From assembly GCA_046881885.1 (NCBI GenBank), contig JBKSMP010000006.1, positions 1 to 32,000 of the forward strand: a stretch of 32,000 nt of DNA. The letters run 5' to 3'. Positions 1-8,291 of the stretch are shown here, one piece after another. The notes under the pieces are model-generated. The model saw only the letters and a list, made by a program, of their open reading frames with translations. It ran no database searches and was not told the origin of the DNA. Position 1 is the first letter of the stretch. Each line of letters starts with the position of its first letter. This stretch comes from Opitutales bacterium. GTDB lineage: Bacteria > Verrucomicrobiota > Verrucomicrobiia > Opitutales > UBA9783. The translations under genes were made by a program, and so were the position numbers.

Positions 1-496
1 TTAAGATGTTGAGTGCGCGTTCGCGGTCTGCGGTCCGCAATTCGCCAAAAGTACTGATAAGCAGCTTCATTAACTCGCGCAAGTCGAAGTCGGAAAGCGT
101 TCCCTTTTTGGTTGTGACCTTTCCACTTTGATCCATTGAGCTAAGCGTGATAACCGAATCTGCGGTAATTGCCCCGGCAGGCTCTACCGAGTAGGAAATA
201 TTTTTTAATTGCTCTCCAAAATATTCCTGAATTTCGGGTAAGTTTAAAACGTTTTCAAGGACTTTATGCATCAAAATATCGCTGTCTTTGGGGGTTGTTA
301 TTGTTAATTGCCCATTTTCATACGATATACCCGTTATCCCTGCCTCCGCAAGACTACCTGCATTTTTTTGTATGTTGGTTACTGCTGCGCTCATCTGCGT
401 AGCATCTATTCCTAAATTTGGATCTATGTTTATTTTTATATTATTATCTACTGGACTCATGCCTCTTTTACTCAGCAAGTTTTGTGCCATTTGCAT
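1..496 (-). CDS. hypothetical protein, N-terminal part (gene continues past the left edge); absent from the supplied ORF track
   Basis: Hand translation of the minus strand. The frame is open from a stop at 566-568 down to position 1. In-frame ATGs lie at 496, 490 and 460 (MQMAQNLLSKRGMSPVDNNIKINIDPNLGIDATQMSAAVTNIQKNAGSLAEAGITGISYENGQLTITTPKD...TFGELRTADRERALNIL...). The start is uncertain and no family is recognised. Track ORFs 169..402 and 288..623 (+) are antisense to it. Confidence 0.55.
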   Translation of the reverse strand, partial: MQMAQNLLSKRGMSPVDNNIKINIDPNLGIDATQMSAAVTNIQKNAGSLAEAGITGISYENGQLTITTPKDSDILMHKVLENVLNLPEIQEYFGEQLKNISYSVEPAGAITADSVITLSSMDQSGKVTTKKGTLSDFDLRELMKLLISTFGELRTADRERALNIL

Positions 497-547
497 CTTT
501 TTGAGCTTTTTAGTTGCCAAAAATCTAAATTTACGTTGGATTAATAT

Positions 548-1279
548 GTGGAAATGGAAGAACGGTTACAGAAAGTCCTCGCGCGCGTTTATGGAATCTC
601 TAGACGCCATGCCGAGGAAATGATCGCAGAAGGTCAAATCTGCGTTAATGGCGAAATCGCACACCTGGGTTGCAAAATCGATTGTGAGCGTGACACGGTC
701 GTCGTTGGCAGCCGTAAGCTCAAAACTCAACTCCTCCAAATTCAATTCACGCCAGAAGTCTGGATGCTCTTTAAACCTAAAGGCGTTATTTGCACACACG
801 ATAACCCTTTCTCTAACAACACCTTGCTGCCCTTCGTACCAAAACCTTTGCGTGCCCAAAAATGGGTCTTTATCGGACGTTTGGATAAAGATAGCGAAGG
901 TCTGCTCCTGCTAACCAACGACGGAAATTTCGCCAATAAGGTCGCCCATCCATCTTCAGGTATCGAAAAAGTCTATCGCGTCCACTTAGACAAACCTATC
1001 GATACCAACCTCATCCCTTTACTCAAGCAAGGTCGCGAATGCGAAAACGAATTCCTGCAGTTCAAAGACGTCCGTATCGCTAATTCCAGAAAAATAGACG
1101 TAACCTTAGGCCAAGGAAAAAAACGCGAAATCCGTAGATTATTGCTCGCCTTCGGCTACGAAGTCCTAAAATTAAAACGCTGGAAAATCGGCGGCTTAAT
1201 CCTCGATAAAAAATTAATGCCCGGACAATCGCGCCGCTTAACTCAAACCGAAACCAAACTTATCTTTTCAAAAAAATGA
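548..1279 (+). CDS. S4-domain RNA pseudouridine synthase, RsuA/RluB family
   Basis: N-terminal S4-like segment (RLQKVLARVYGISRRHAEEMIAEGQICVNG) and the family motif GRLDKDSEGLLLLTNDG. The track start at 548 is GTG; an ATG at 554 is an alternative. The stop overlaps the next start (ATGA). Confidence 0.85.
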   Translation: MEMEERLQKVLARVYGISRRHAEEMIAEGQICVNGEIAHLGCKIDCERDTVVVGSRKLKTQLLQIQFTPEVWMLFKPKGVICTHDNPFSNNTLLPFVPKPLRAQKWVFIGRLDKDSEGLLLLTNDGNFANKVAHPSSGIEKVYRVHLDKPIDTNLIPLLKQGRECENEFLQFKDVRIANSRKIDVTLGQGKKREIRRLLLAFGYEVLKLKRWKIGGLILDKKLMPGQSRRLTQTETKLIFSKK

Positions 1280-1650
1280 AACCTACAAAATTCTCTTACA
1301 TCCTAAGTATCCTTATGCTGCTTCTAGCTTGCGGATATTCTCATGCACAAGTCACCGATCCCGCCTTCAAAAAGCCCAATGAACATCCTGCCCATCAACA
1401 TGTGCGCATCTTCGAAGGCCGCCTCGAAAAGTATAAAAAATGGTATTCTTTTATCGCAAGAAATTCCAATACCTATCAACTCATTAAAAAAGATAAATCA
1501 ACCGCTTTACTCGATTTTGCCGGCAATAAACGCATGTTAGAGCTTGTAAAAAACTTGGTTGGCAAAAATGTTTGCATAAAAGGAAATCCGCAATACATGA
1601 ACAAAGAACCTTTCCTATTGATCTTTGTCCAAGAAATTTGCGAGCAATAA
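1276..1650 (+). CDS. small putative lipoprotein, unknown function
   Basis: N-terminus MKPTKFSYILSILMLLLAC has a hydrophobic core followed by a lipobox-like LLAC. It is translationally coupled to the upstream gene by a 4-nt overlap. No family recognised. Confidence 0.6.
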   Translation: MKPTKFSYILSILMLLLACGYSHAQVTDPAFKKPNEHPAHQHVRIFEGRLEKYKKWYSFIARNSNTYQLIKKDKSTALLDFAGNKRMLELVKNLVGKNVCIKGNPQYMNKEPFLLIFVQEICEQ

Positions 1651-1651
1651 A

Positions 1652-2539
1652 ATGAAATTTGCCCAATTATTATCCGGCCGTGAAGTCGCCGATAAGCTTT
1701 TACAAGAAGTAAAAACAGAGGTAGCTCAATTGAAAGGTCGGCCGCCTTGCGTCGCTTTCTTACGCGTGGGCAACGATGGCGCTTCCGTCTCCTACGTCCG
1801 CCAAAAAGAAGCAAAAGCCGCCTTTACGGGCATTAAAAGCTTACTAAAAGTCTTTGACGCCGAAACTACAACCGAAGCACAATTGCTGGAAGAAATAGAA
1901 CAGCTAAACCAAGACGACACAATTGACGGCATCTTGGTACAAGCCCCCGTGCCCAATTCCATGGATTTCGTCAAGATTTGCAACACTATCCATCCACACA
2001 AAGACGTAGATGGCTTCGGAACAACAAATTTGGGAAATTTACTGCAAGATCGTCCAGGCCTTGTTCCATGCACCCCAGCAGGCATTATCGAACTCTTGAA
2101 ATATTACCAGATTCCAACCGAAGGTAAACACGTCGTTATCGTCAATCGTAGCTTAATCGTCGGAAAACCCTTGAGTGCGCTTTTTTTGCAACGTTCTGCT
2201 TTCGGAAATGCAACCGTAACAATTTGCCATTCCCAATCAAATAATTTACAAGCCATTACAAAATCAGCAGATATTTTAATCTTAGCCTGTGGACGTCCGG
2301 AGTTTTTCGATGCAGCTTACGTCAAAGAAGGCGCAATCGTAATCGATGTGGGTATTACACGTGTTCCTAGCTCTAATGAACGGGGTTATACTCTAAAAGG
2401 CGATGCCCATTTCGAAAGCTTGTTACCAATCGTTTCACATATAACACCTGTTCCTGGCGGTGTTGGACCTATGACTGTTGCAATGCTCATGAAAAACACA
2501 TTAAAAGCTTATTATTTATGTCATCAAAAGCATTATTAA
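1652..2539 (+). CDS. folD: bifunctional 5,10-methylenetetrahydrofolate dehydrogenase / 5,10-methenyl-THF cyclohydrolase
   Basis: Length and motifs are typical of FolD (VGNDGASVSYVRQK, DGILVQAPVP, HPHKDVDGF, PCTPAGIIELL, TPVPGGVGPMTVAMLM). The track start at 1625 is TTG inside the upstream gene. The ATG at 1652, 1 nt after the upstream stop, gives the normal N-terminus MKFAQLLSGREVA. Confidence 0.9.
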   Translation: MKFAQLLSGREVADKLLQEVKTEVAQLKGRPPCVAFLRVGNDGASVSYVRQKEAKAAFTGIKSLLKVFDAETTTEAQLLEEIEQLNQDDTIDGILVQAPVPNSMDFVKICNTIHPHKDVDGFGTTNLGNLLQDRPGLVPCTPAGIIELLKYYQIPTEGKHVVIVNRSLIVGKPLSALFLQRSAFGNATVTICHSQSNNLQAITKSADILILACGRPEFFDAAYVKEGAIVIDVGITRVPSSNERGYTLKGDAHFESLLPIVSHITPVPGGVGPMTVAMLMKNTLKAYYLCHQKHY

Positions 2540-3144
2540 ATTTAATCTTACCGCCTGCACCTGTCGGAAAACGTATTTTAGCTACACTTTGCGATTTAAT
2601 ACTTATTTTCTTTTTAAGCGTGTTTGTTATTGGGAAATTATGGATCCCAGTTTATCATGCGGATGTCGTTATCCAATTTAAATTGTTACTACTAGAATAT
2701 TCCGAACAGTTACACGCAGGACAATTTGTTGAGTTTTTCAATCAAATTAATGCCAACAAAGCAATCGTGGATATGTTTATATCTGTCGATCGCGTTCTTT
2801 TTTTCGTTGCATGGATTTATTATTCTTTAAATGGCATTTTTTTACAAGGCGGAAGCCTAGGAAAGCAAATCTTTAATTTGCGTGTTCTAAAATTGTCGAC
2901 ATTGAAGTTTCCCAATTACGGTGAAAGTATTTTGCGTTCAGGTATTTTAACCTTCTTTTTGTTCAGCGCTTGGCCATTTTGTATGTGCCTCAATTTGTGC
3001 TTCATTTGCCTAAATGGAATGCATCGCGGTTTTCATGATTGGTTCTGCCAAACTTATGTTGTAAGTTATGAAGTTTTGGAGCAAATAAAAGAAAAAATGC
3101 TCTCAGCAGTAAGTCAAAATGAAACCCATTTGGACTCTGATTAA
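2518..3144 (+). CDS. RDD-family integral membrane protein
   Basis: GKRILATLCDLILIF at the N-terminus, GGSLGKQIFNLRVLK mid-protein and RGFHDWFCQTYVV near the C-terminus match the R...D...D family pattern. Several hydrophobic helices are present. It overlaps the folD end by 22 nt. Confidence 0.6.
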   Translation: MSSKALLNLILPPAPVGKRILATLCDLILIFFLSVFVIGKLWIPVYHADVVIQFKLLLLEYSEQLHAGQFVEFFNQINANKAIVDMFISVDRVLFFVAWIYYSLNGIFLQGGSLGKQIFNLRVLKLSTLKFPNYGESILRSGILTFFLFSAWPFCMCLNLCFICLNGMHRGFHDWFCQTYVVSYEVLEQIKEKMLSAVSQNETHLDSD

Positions 3145-3229
3145 GATATTAATATTGATTTTTTTATAAAATCGATAGAGTGGGGGAGTATTTTTTATAA
3201 AACCTATTGGAGTTGCAAATAATTTCCGC

Positions 3230-3258
3230 TTGACAAAAAATGCAAGATTTTAATAATG
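3230..3258 (+). promoter_or_regulatory. sigma70-like promoter candidate upstream of the ABC ATPase
   Basis: TTGACA at 3230-3235 followed 15-17 nt later by TAATAATG (TAATAA / ATAATG). The register is ambiguous. Confidence 0.3.
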
Positions 3259-3270
3259 TATATTTAATAC

Positions 3271-3336
3271 ATGAAGCAAAGACTTTTTAAATTAGTTGTG
3301 TTATTTGTTGCCTTAGGGTACAATTTATTTGGGTAA
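3271..3336 (+). CDS. 21-codon hydrophobic mini-ORF abutting the ABC ATPase start (possible leader peptide or gene remnant)
   Basis: ATG AAG CAA AGA ... GGG TAA encodes MKQRLFKLVVLFVALGYNLFG. Its TAA is immediately followed by the ATG at 3337. There is no supporting homology, so it could be a chance ORF. Confidence 0.2.
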   Translation: MKQRLFKLVVLFVALGYNLFG

Positions 3337-4155
3337 ATGGCTTTTGAGCAAGGAGCCATTGCTAAAAAAATGGATAATATTCTTTTAGCCGTTGATAGGC
3401 TTTGCGTTAGTTATTATGATATTTCTAAGCAGGCTGCTAAAAAGTTTACCTATTCTGTTAATCAAGTTTCCTTTCGTTTAAAGCAAAGTGAAACATTGGG
3501 TATTGTAGGTGAAAGTGGTAGTGGAAAAACTTCTTTAGGGCGTGCGATTATTCGTCTTGCACCAATAGTTTCTGGTAATATTCATTTTAAAGACCAACCC
3601 ATCGTATCTCTAAATGCACGTCAGTTTTTCCCTTATCGTAAAAAGATTCAAATGATTTTTCAAGATCCCTTTGGTTCTCTCAATCCGCGCATGACGCTTG
3701 AAACCATACTTAAAGAACCACTCGAAATTCATTTTAAGCATTTTTCTCAACAACAACAACATAAACGTATCTTGGAGTTATTGGATCAAGTACATTTGCC
3801 TAAAACTGCATTGAAACGTTACCCAAATGAATTCAGTGGTGGACAGCGCCAACGCATTGGGATTGCACGAGCTTTAGCGGTAGAACCAGAATTACTTATT
3901 TGTGACGAACCTGTTAGTGCACTGGATGTCTCCATTCAAGCACAAATCATTAATCTTCTTGTTGAGTTGCAAAAAGAGCTTTCGTTAACGTATCTATTTA
4001 TCTCTCATGACATGGCAATTGTACGCCACATTAGTAATCATATTGCTGTTATGAAAAATGGCTGTTTTATTGAACAAGCTCCCACAGATACACTCTATAC
4101 ACACCCACAACATCCTTATACTCAAACCTTATTAAATTCTATTCCTGAAATTTAA
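3337..4155 (+). CDS. ABC transporter ATP-binding protein, oligopeptide/dipeptide (OppF/DppF) type; no permease or binding-protein partner nearby
   Basis: Walker A GESGSGKTS, signature FSGGQRQRIGIARAL, Walker B LLICDEPVSALD, and the Opp/Dpp-type C-terminal tail (YTHPQHPYTQTLLNSIP). Confidence 0.85.
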   Translation: MAFEQGAIAKKMDNILLAVDRLCVSYYDISKQAAKKFTYSVNQVSFRLKQSETLGIVGESGSGKTSLGRAIIRLAPIVSGNIHFKDQPIVSLNARQFFPYRKKIQMIFQDPFGSLNPRMTLETILKEPLEIHFKHFSQQQQHKRILELLDQVHLPKTALKRYPNEFSGGQRQRIGIARALAVEPELLICDEPVSALDVSIQAQIINLLVELQKELSLTYLFISHDMAIVRHISNHIAVMKNGCFIEQAPTDTLYTHPQHPYTQTLLNSIPEI

Positions 4156-4207
4156 AACCACCTTCTTTTTACCAATTTATGATGGGTGGCTAAGGATTTT
4201 TTATCTC

Positions 4208-4236
4208 TTGACGCGCTCTCTCTTTTGGGACATAAT
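4208..4236 (+). promoter_or_regulatory. sigma70-like promoter candidate for the antiporter gene
   Basis: TTGACG (4208-4213), a 17-nt spacer, then CATAAT (4231-4236), about 40 nt upstream of the ATG at 4278. Confidence 0.4.
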
Positions 4237-4277
4237 TAAGTTAAGACATTTGTTACTGAAGATTTTATCGATCAATC

Positions 4278-5219
4278 ATGAGTTTTTTATCTATTATAAC
4301 GAAATTGTTTGGAGGTTTGGCGGTCCTCATTTGGGCTTCGCATTTGTTATTAAAAACTGCGGATGATGTGATTGCTAAATTTCGTCTGTCGCCCATTTTT
4401 ATTGGAATGACAGTGATCGCTATTGGCACTTCATTGCCGGAGATTTGCGTTTCGTTTAGCAGTGCTTATATAGGGCAATACGATGTTTGTTTATCTAATA
4501 TCCTAGGAAGTAATTTGTTTAATGCTGGTTTTATATTAGGTTCTTGTCTTTGTATTCGTTCTATTTCTTTAGATAAACGTACACTTTTGGGGCAATTAGG
4601 AATCAATGTTCTTGTAGCTTTTTTATTAGCTTGTTTTTTATGGAAAAACGGACAACTTATGGTGGTAGCTTGCTTGGTATTGCTTGTATTGTTTTATATT
4701 TATTTAAAAATAGCTTATCACAAAAATCCAGATGTTGTTGTTCCTGTTGCCACTAGAGAGATTTCTTTAGGTCGAATTCTTTTCTGTTTTGTGGCTTGTT
4801 TACCCATGTTTTATTTTAGTTCTCGCTGGGTAACGCTAGGGGCCTTAGATTTGGCTTCTTGGCTAAATGTGTCCAATGCTTTTATTGGGTTTACGGTTAT
4901 TGCAACTGGAACATCTCTACCGGAACTCGTTACCGGTATTATTGCTACTCTTAAGCGCAGAAACGACTTTATTATTGGAAATGTTTTTGGGAGTAATATC
5001 TGTAATATTTGTATGGGTTTAGGCCTGGTAGGATTCGTTTTTCCTTTAAAAACGCAACAGCTTTTTTATTTACGCTTACAACTTTTTATGCATTTTATTT
5101 TTGCTCTTGTTGCAATTGCTTTTGCTTTTAAAAAAGTACTGTCTCGTTTTGTTGGTGTTCTCTTTGTTGTTACTTATATGGCCATTGTTTGGATATTGTA
5201 TTATTATAATCCAGCTTAA
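4278..5219 (+). CDS. Ca2+/Na+ (cation/Ca2+) antiporter, CaCA family (YrbG-like)
   Basis: Two alpha-repeat signatures (AIGTSLPEICVS and ATGTSLPELVTG) in a roughly 10-TM, 313-aa membrane protein. Confidence 0.85.
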   Translation: MSFLSIITKLFGGLAVLIWASHLLLKTADDVIAKFRLSPIFIGMTVIAIGTSLPEICVSFSSAYIGQYDVCLSNILGSNLFNAGFILGSCLCIRSISLDKRTLLGQLGINVLVAFLLACFLWKNGQLMVVACLVLLVLFYIYLKIAYHKNPDVVVPVATREISLGRILFCFVACLPMFYFSSRWVTLGALDLASWLNVSNAFIGFTVIATGTSLPELVTGIIATLKRRNDFIIGNVFGSNICNICMGLGLVGFVFPLKTQQLFYLRLQLFMHFIFALVAIAFAFKKVLSRFVGVLFVVTYMAIVWILYYYNPA

Positions 5220-5306
5220 TGCTCAAAAGGTTTATAATAAAAACCTTGTAGAACTTAATCTACCTAATAAAAATAGTAGGTGCTATTAAAACTTTCAATG
5301 GTTAAT

Positions 5307-5346
5307 AACAAAGACCGCAATGTTGCGGTCTTTGTTTATTTTTTTA
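5307..5346. terminator. intrinsic terminator between convergent genes, probably bidirectional
   Basis: Perfect inverted repeat AACAAAGACCGCAA / TTGCGGTCTTTGTT (5307-5320 / 5323-5336), followed on the plus strand by TATTTTTTTATTT. Its A-rich 5' flank gives a U-rich tail on the minus strand. Confidence 0.7.
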
Positions 5347-7236
5347 TTTGCCCAAATTATTCAACCAATTTTGCATTTCTTTGTTTGAATATGTTTTTAA
5401 TTGCTCTAAAAATACATGTTTATCATTTGGGGAGTGTGGTGTTTCTTTAGCTAAATTTCTTAATAGGTTTAATATATGTTCTGTTGAACATTCTTTTAGG
5501 TATTTTATTAACGCAAGGTATTGTTCTAAAGATAAAACTTCTGTTATGTCAGAAAGTACATAACTTCCTTGTATTTCTTGTTCAGAAAGATGAATAATAT
5601 TATCTTTAGAAATAGTTGGGTAGTCAATAGATCCTTCTGTGTTATTTTGTATAAAATAGCAACGATTTAACTGTGTACCTTGTGGAATAAATACTCGTAG
5701 CTTAGGATTGTTAATGAAGCATTCTTCTTCAAAAGAATAGTGACAAAAAGCACCTTGGATTTTTGTGTCATATTTTCTATCTATTGTTTCTATAATATTT
5801 TTGCTGACTATCTTTTTTAAGTTAGGTAAAATTACAATTTCAAGTTGTGGTGTACCTAGAAAGGCTTCTGGGGTAATAATTTTTACTTTGGGTAAAAATA
5901 CTGCTTCTATAGGGCTTCCCAAAAAACAAGTATCTTCTATTTCGGTTACCTCTTTAGCAATTACATGCTTAATGTTTGCGCAGTAAGAAAATGCGCCAAG
6001 TGGAATTGTTATTGTACCACCTAAGTTTACTTTTTGCAAAGTTGCTGCACTAAAACAGTTTGGGTTTAGTTTGGTATTGTAATCACCAAGTTCTATTTCT
6101 TTTGTTTTGGATTGACTTAGGCCATAACTATTTATCTCTCTTAAATTAGGAAAATTGGCAATATGTGGAAAATTTGCAGGAAAATTATTAGGTATTATTT
6201 GAAGGCCTGAGAAATCTGCATTCTCTATGTTTGGGAAACTACATTTGCCCCAAAATTTTTCAGAAAATTTTTCAACACAATTCATGTTCAATGTGGTAAC
6301 CTGTGGATAATTATTGTGGCCAAAAATGCATTCAGTTGCTTCTATTCTTACGCCATTGTAGTCTATTTTAGTTACTTCGTCGGGTATATAAAAAGAGTCA
6401 CTAAAACTAATGGTTATGGCATTATTGTTCATTATTTGTTGTGCAGTTGGTAATGACAATCCTCCTTGGATTAATAAGTCAAGTATTGAAGCGGTGTCAT
6501 TTGTGTGTGGTAAAATATTTCCAAGTGCTTCAGCGAAAATATCATCTATTACGAAAACCAAAGAAAATGATTTTCCGTAATTCACTATTTCTTTACAAAG
6601 ATTTTCGTCAAAAGGATAAGTGAACATTATGTTTTTATTATATTTATAATAACAAACGTCAATATTAGGGTGTTGTTGATTAACTTTTGATATCAGATGA
6701 GGATAGCATACTGGTTTATTGGGAACTAAATATTCTTTCATTTTGAATGCATTGCCTGCGTAAAGTAATAATTCTATATCCCCACATCTGTAGATATTTC
6801 CTGATTGTGTTCTAATTGTTGGATTTTTTATGATTGTTAGGTTTTGACTTGGCTTTGTAAACTCTCCATTAACGATACCTGTAATTCCATTTATTGTAAT
6901 TTCTATATTTCCATCTTCCGTACGATTAAAACGTCCAGTATGTTTACGCTGAAAAATAGTTTGTTTGGCCTGAGATCCATCTTCGAATAATTTTTCACAT
7001 AAAATAAGAGCATCTTTTTCTGTGTAGATCGGTTCAGTATTGGTTTTTGTTATTTCTAGTCCTATTTGTCCATTGGAAGAAATTTGTCTGAGTTTTGTTT
7101 TTTCTTCTCTAGGCAAATACATTGCGACATTTGCCAAATAAACAGGTTCTAATTTAGTTTTGTTATTATTGCCATCTCCTTTTAATATGGATGAAGATAT
7201 AATGACACCTAAGAGTATGTTTGTTGTTGTTTTCAT
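5344..7236 (-). CDS. secreted leucine-rich-repeat protein, BspA-type LRR; otherwise orphan
   Basis: N-terminal signal-like MKTTTNILLGVIISSSILKG. The central region has BspA-like repeats (CFSAATLQKVNL..TIPLGAFSYCANIKHVIA..VTEIEDTCFLGSPIEAVFLP..KIITPEAFLGTPQLEIVILP). The N- and C-terminal regions are unrecognised. It is AT-rich relative to its neighbours. Confidence 0.8.
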   Translation of the reverse strand: MKTTTNILLGVIISSSILKGDGNNNKTKLEPVYLANVAMYLPREEKTKLRQISSNGQIGLEITKTNTEPIYTEKDALILCEKLFEDGSQAKQTIFQRKHTGRFNRTEDGNIEITINGITGIVNGEFTKPSQNLTIIKNPTIRTQSGNIYRCGDIELLLYAGNAFKMKEYLVPNKPVCYPHLISKVNQQHPNIDVCYYKYNKNIMFTYPFDENLCKEIVNYGKSFSLVFVIDDIFAEALGNILPHTNDTASILDLLIQGGLSLPTAQQIMNNNAITISFSDSFYIPDEVTKIDYNGVRIEATECIFGHNNYPQVTTLNMNCVEKFSEKFWGKCSFPNIENADFSGLQIIPNNFPANFPHIANFPNLREINSYGLSQSKTKEIELGDYNTKLNPNCFSAATLQKVNLGGTITIPLGAFSYCANIKHVIAKEVTEIEDTCFLGSPIEAVFLPKVKIITPEAFLGTPQLEIVILPNLKKIVSKNIIETIDRKYDTKIQGAFCHYSFEEECFINNPKLRVFIPQGTQLNRCYFIQNNTEGSIDYPTISKDNIIHLSEQEIQGSYVLSDITEVLSLEQYLALIKYLKECSTEHILNLLRNLAKETPHSPNDKHVFLEQLKTYSNKEMQNWLNNLGK

Positions 7237-7265
7237 GTTTGTATGTTATTAAAGAACGTAATGAT

Positions 7266-7293
7266 GTATTATTTGTTTTATTTATTGTGTCAA
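7266..7293 (-). promoter_or_regulatory. promoter candidate for the LRR gene
   Basis: On the minus strand, TTGACA (7293-7288), a 16-nt spacer, then TAATAC (7271-7266), about 30 nt upstream of the ATG. Confidence 0.3.
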
Positions 7294-7388
7294 TAAAAAA
7301 ACAAAATAAAAAATATTAAATTATGATTATATTTTTAAAAACAGGCTTGACTTATGTTGAAAAAGGGAGCACTTTAATATTTAGTTTT

Positions 7389-7464
7389 GCGAGCGTAGCT
7401 CAGATGGTAGAGCACCACCTTGCCAAGGTGGACGTCGAGGGTTCGAATCCCTTCGCTCGCTCCA
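7389..7464 (+). tRNA. tRNA-Gly (anticodon GCC), CCA encoded
   Basis: Hand-folded cloverleaf. Acceptor GCGAGCG/CGCUCGC, D arm GCUC-AGAUGGU-AGAGC, anticodon stem CCACC/GGUGG with loop UUGCCAA, T arm GAGGG-UUCGAAU-CCCUU, then U-CCA. Confidence 0.95.
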
Positions 7465-7520
7465 GGTTTTTATAGGAGTTTAAGAAGGAAAGTAATATTG
7501 GGGACCCGGAGCGAACGTCC

Positions 7521-8291
7521 ATGGAGAATGTTAAGCCGTTAATTCAAGTTAAAGATTTAAGTAAATATTATCATCAAGAACCTGTTTTAAAGGAAATTTC
7601 TGTTGATATAGAAGAAGGAGATTTGGTATCCATTATAGGACCTTCTGGTTGTGGCAAGTCGACATTTTTGCGATGTTTAAACGGGATGGAGATTTTGGAT
7701 TCGGGTTCTATACAAATTGACGGAATGCAGCTTTCTCGCAAAACGCCCAATACCCCCTTAGGTCTTGCTTTTCACAAAAAAGCGCATGATTTAAGGCAAC
7801 ATGTAGGAATGGTTTTTCAGTCGTTCAATTTATTTCCACATAAAACCTTATTACAAAATGTTATGTTGGCTCCGATGATTGTGCAAAACAAGTCTAAGGA
7901 AGAAGCAGAAGATATTTCCTTAAGATTTTTAGATAAGGTAGGTTTGAAATTATTTGCGCATCGTTATCCAATGCATTTGTCGGGTGGACAACAGCAACGT
8001 GGTGCGATTGCACGTGCCTTAGCCTTATCTCCCAAAGTTATGTTGTACGATGAACCTACTTCGGCTATTGATCCAGCACGTGTGGATGAGGTTTTGGAAG
8101 TTATGCGTGATTTGGATAAAGAAGGTATGACGCAAATTATTGTAACCCATGAAATGCGTTTTGCCAAGGATGCTTCGGATTATATTATTTACATGGAACA
8201 AGGGGAATTTATTGAAATTTCTGATGAAGATGAAATTTTTATTGCTCCAAAAGATGAACGTACGCGTCAATTTTTAAAACATTTTATGTAA
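7521..8291 (+). CDS. polar amino-acid ABC transporter ATP-binding protein (GlnQ/ArtP type)
   Basis: Walker A GPSGCGKST, FLRCLN, signature LSGGQQQRGAIARAL, Walker B VMLYDEPTSAIDP, H-loop VTHEMRFA. Confidence 0.9.
   Translation: MENVKPLIQVKDLSKYYHQEPVLKEISVDIEEGDLVSIIGPSGCGKSTFLRCLNGMEILDSGSIQIDGMQLSRKTPNTPLGLAFHKKAHDLRQHVGMVFQSFNLFPHKTLLQNVMLAPMIVQNKSKEEAEDISLRFLDKVGLKLFAHRYPMHLSGGQQQRGAIARALALSPKVMLYDEPTSAIDPARVDEVLEVMRDLDKEGMTQIIVTHEMRFAKDASDYIIYMEQGEFIEISDEDEIFIAPKDERTRQFLKHFM

Noticed and set aside
169-623. Plus-strand ORFs 169..402 and 288..623
   Set aside because: They are antisense to a longer edge-truncated minus-strand ORF. Their sequences are Cys/Phe/Leu-rich and unconvincing, and 288..623 also runs into the pseudouridine synthase start.
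1625-1651. Track N-terminal extensions from TTG/GTG starts (folD at 1625, transporter at 10754, acidic protein at 23537)
   Set aside because: The extensions overlap upstream genes or encode implausible leader sequences. Downstream ATGs give family-typical N-termini.
3162-3204. Recurring TTTTATAAAA palindromes in intergenic regions (also near 12231, 12304 and 30436)
   Set aside because: The motif is short and made entirely of A/T in AT-rich spacers. Its positions relative to genes are inconsistent, so it is expected by chance.
6302-6310. Perfect DnaA-box complement TGTGGATAA
   Set aside because: It is a single isolated copy inside a coding region, with no cluster, no adjacent AT-rich unwinding element and no dnaA/dnaN. 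It is most likely chance and not an origin.
5220-7520. LRR gene as a tRNA-Gly-targeted integrated island
   Set aside because: There is no integrase, and I could find no direct repeat of the tRNA-Gly 3' end on the far side. The gene lies upstream of the tRNA rather than downstream. Only the compositional skew supports foreign origin.
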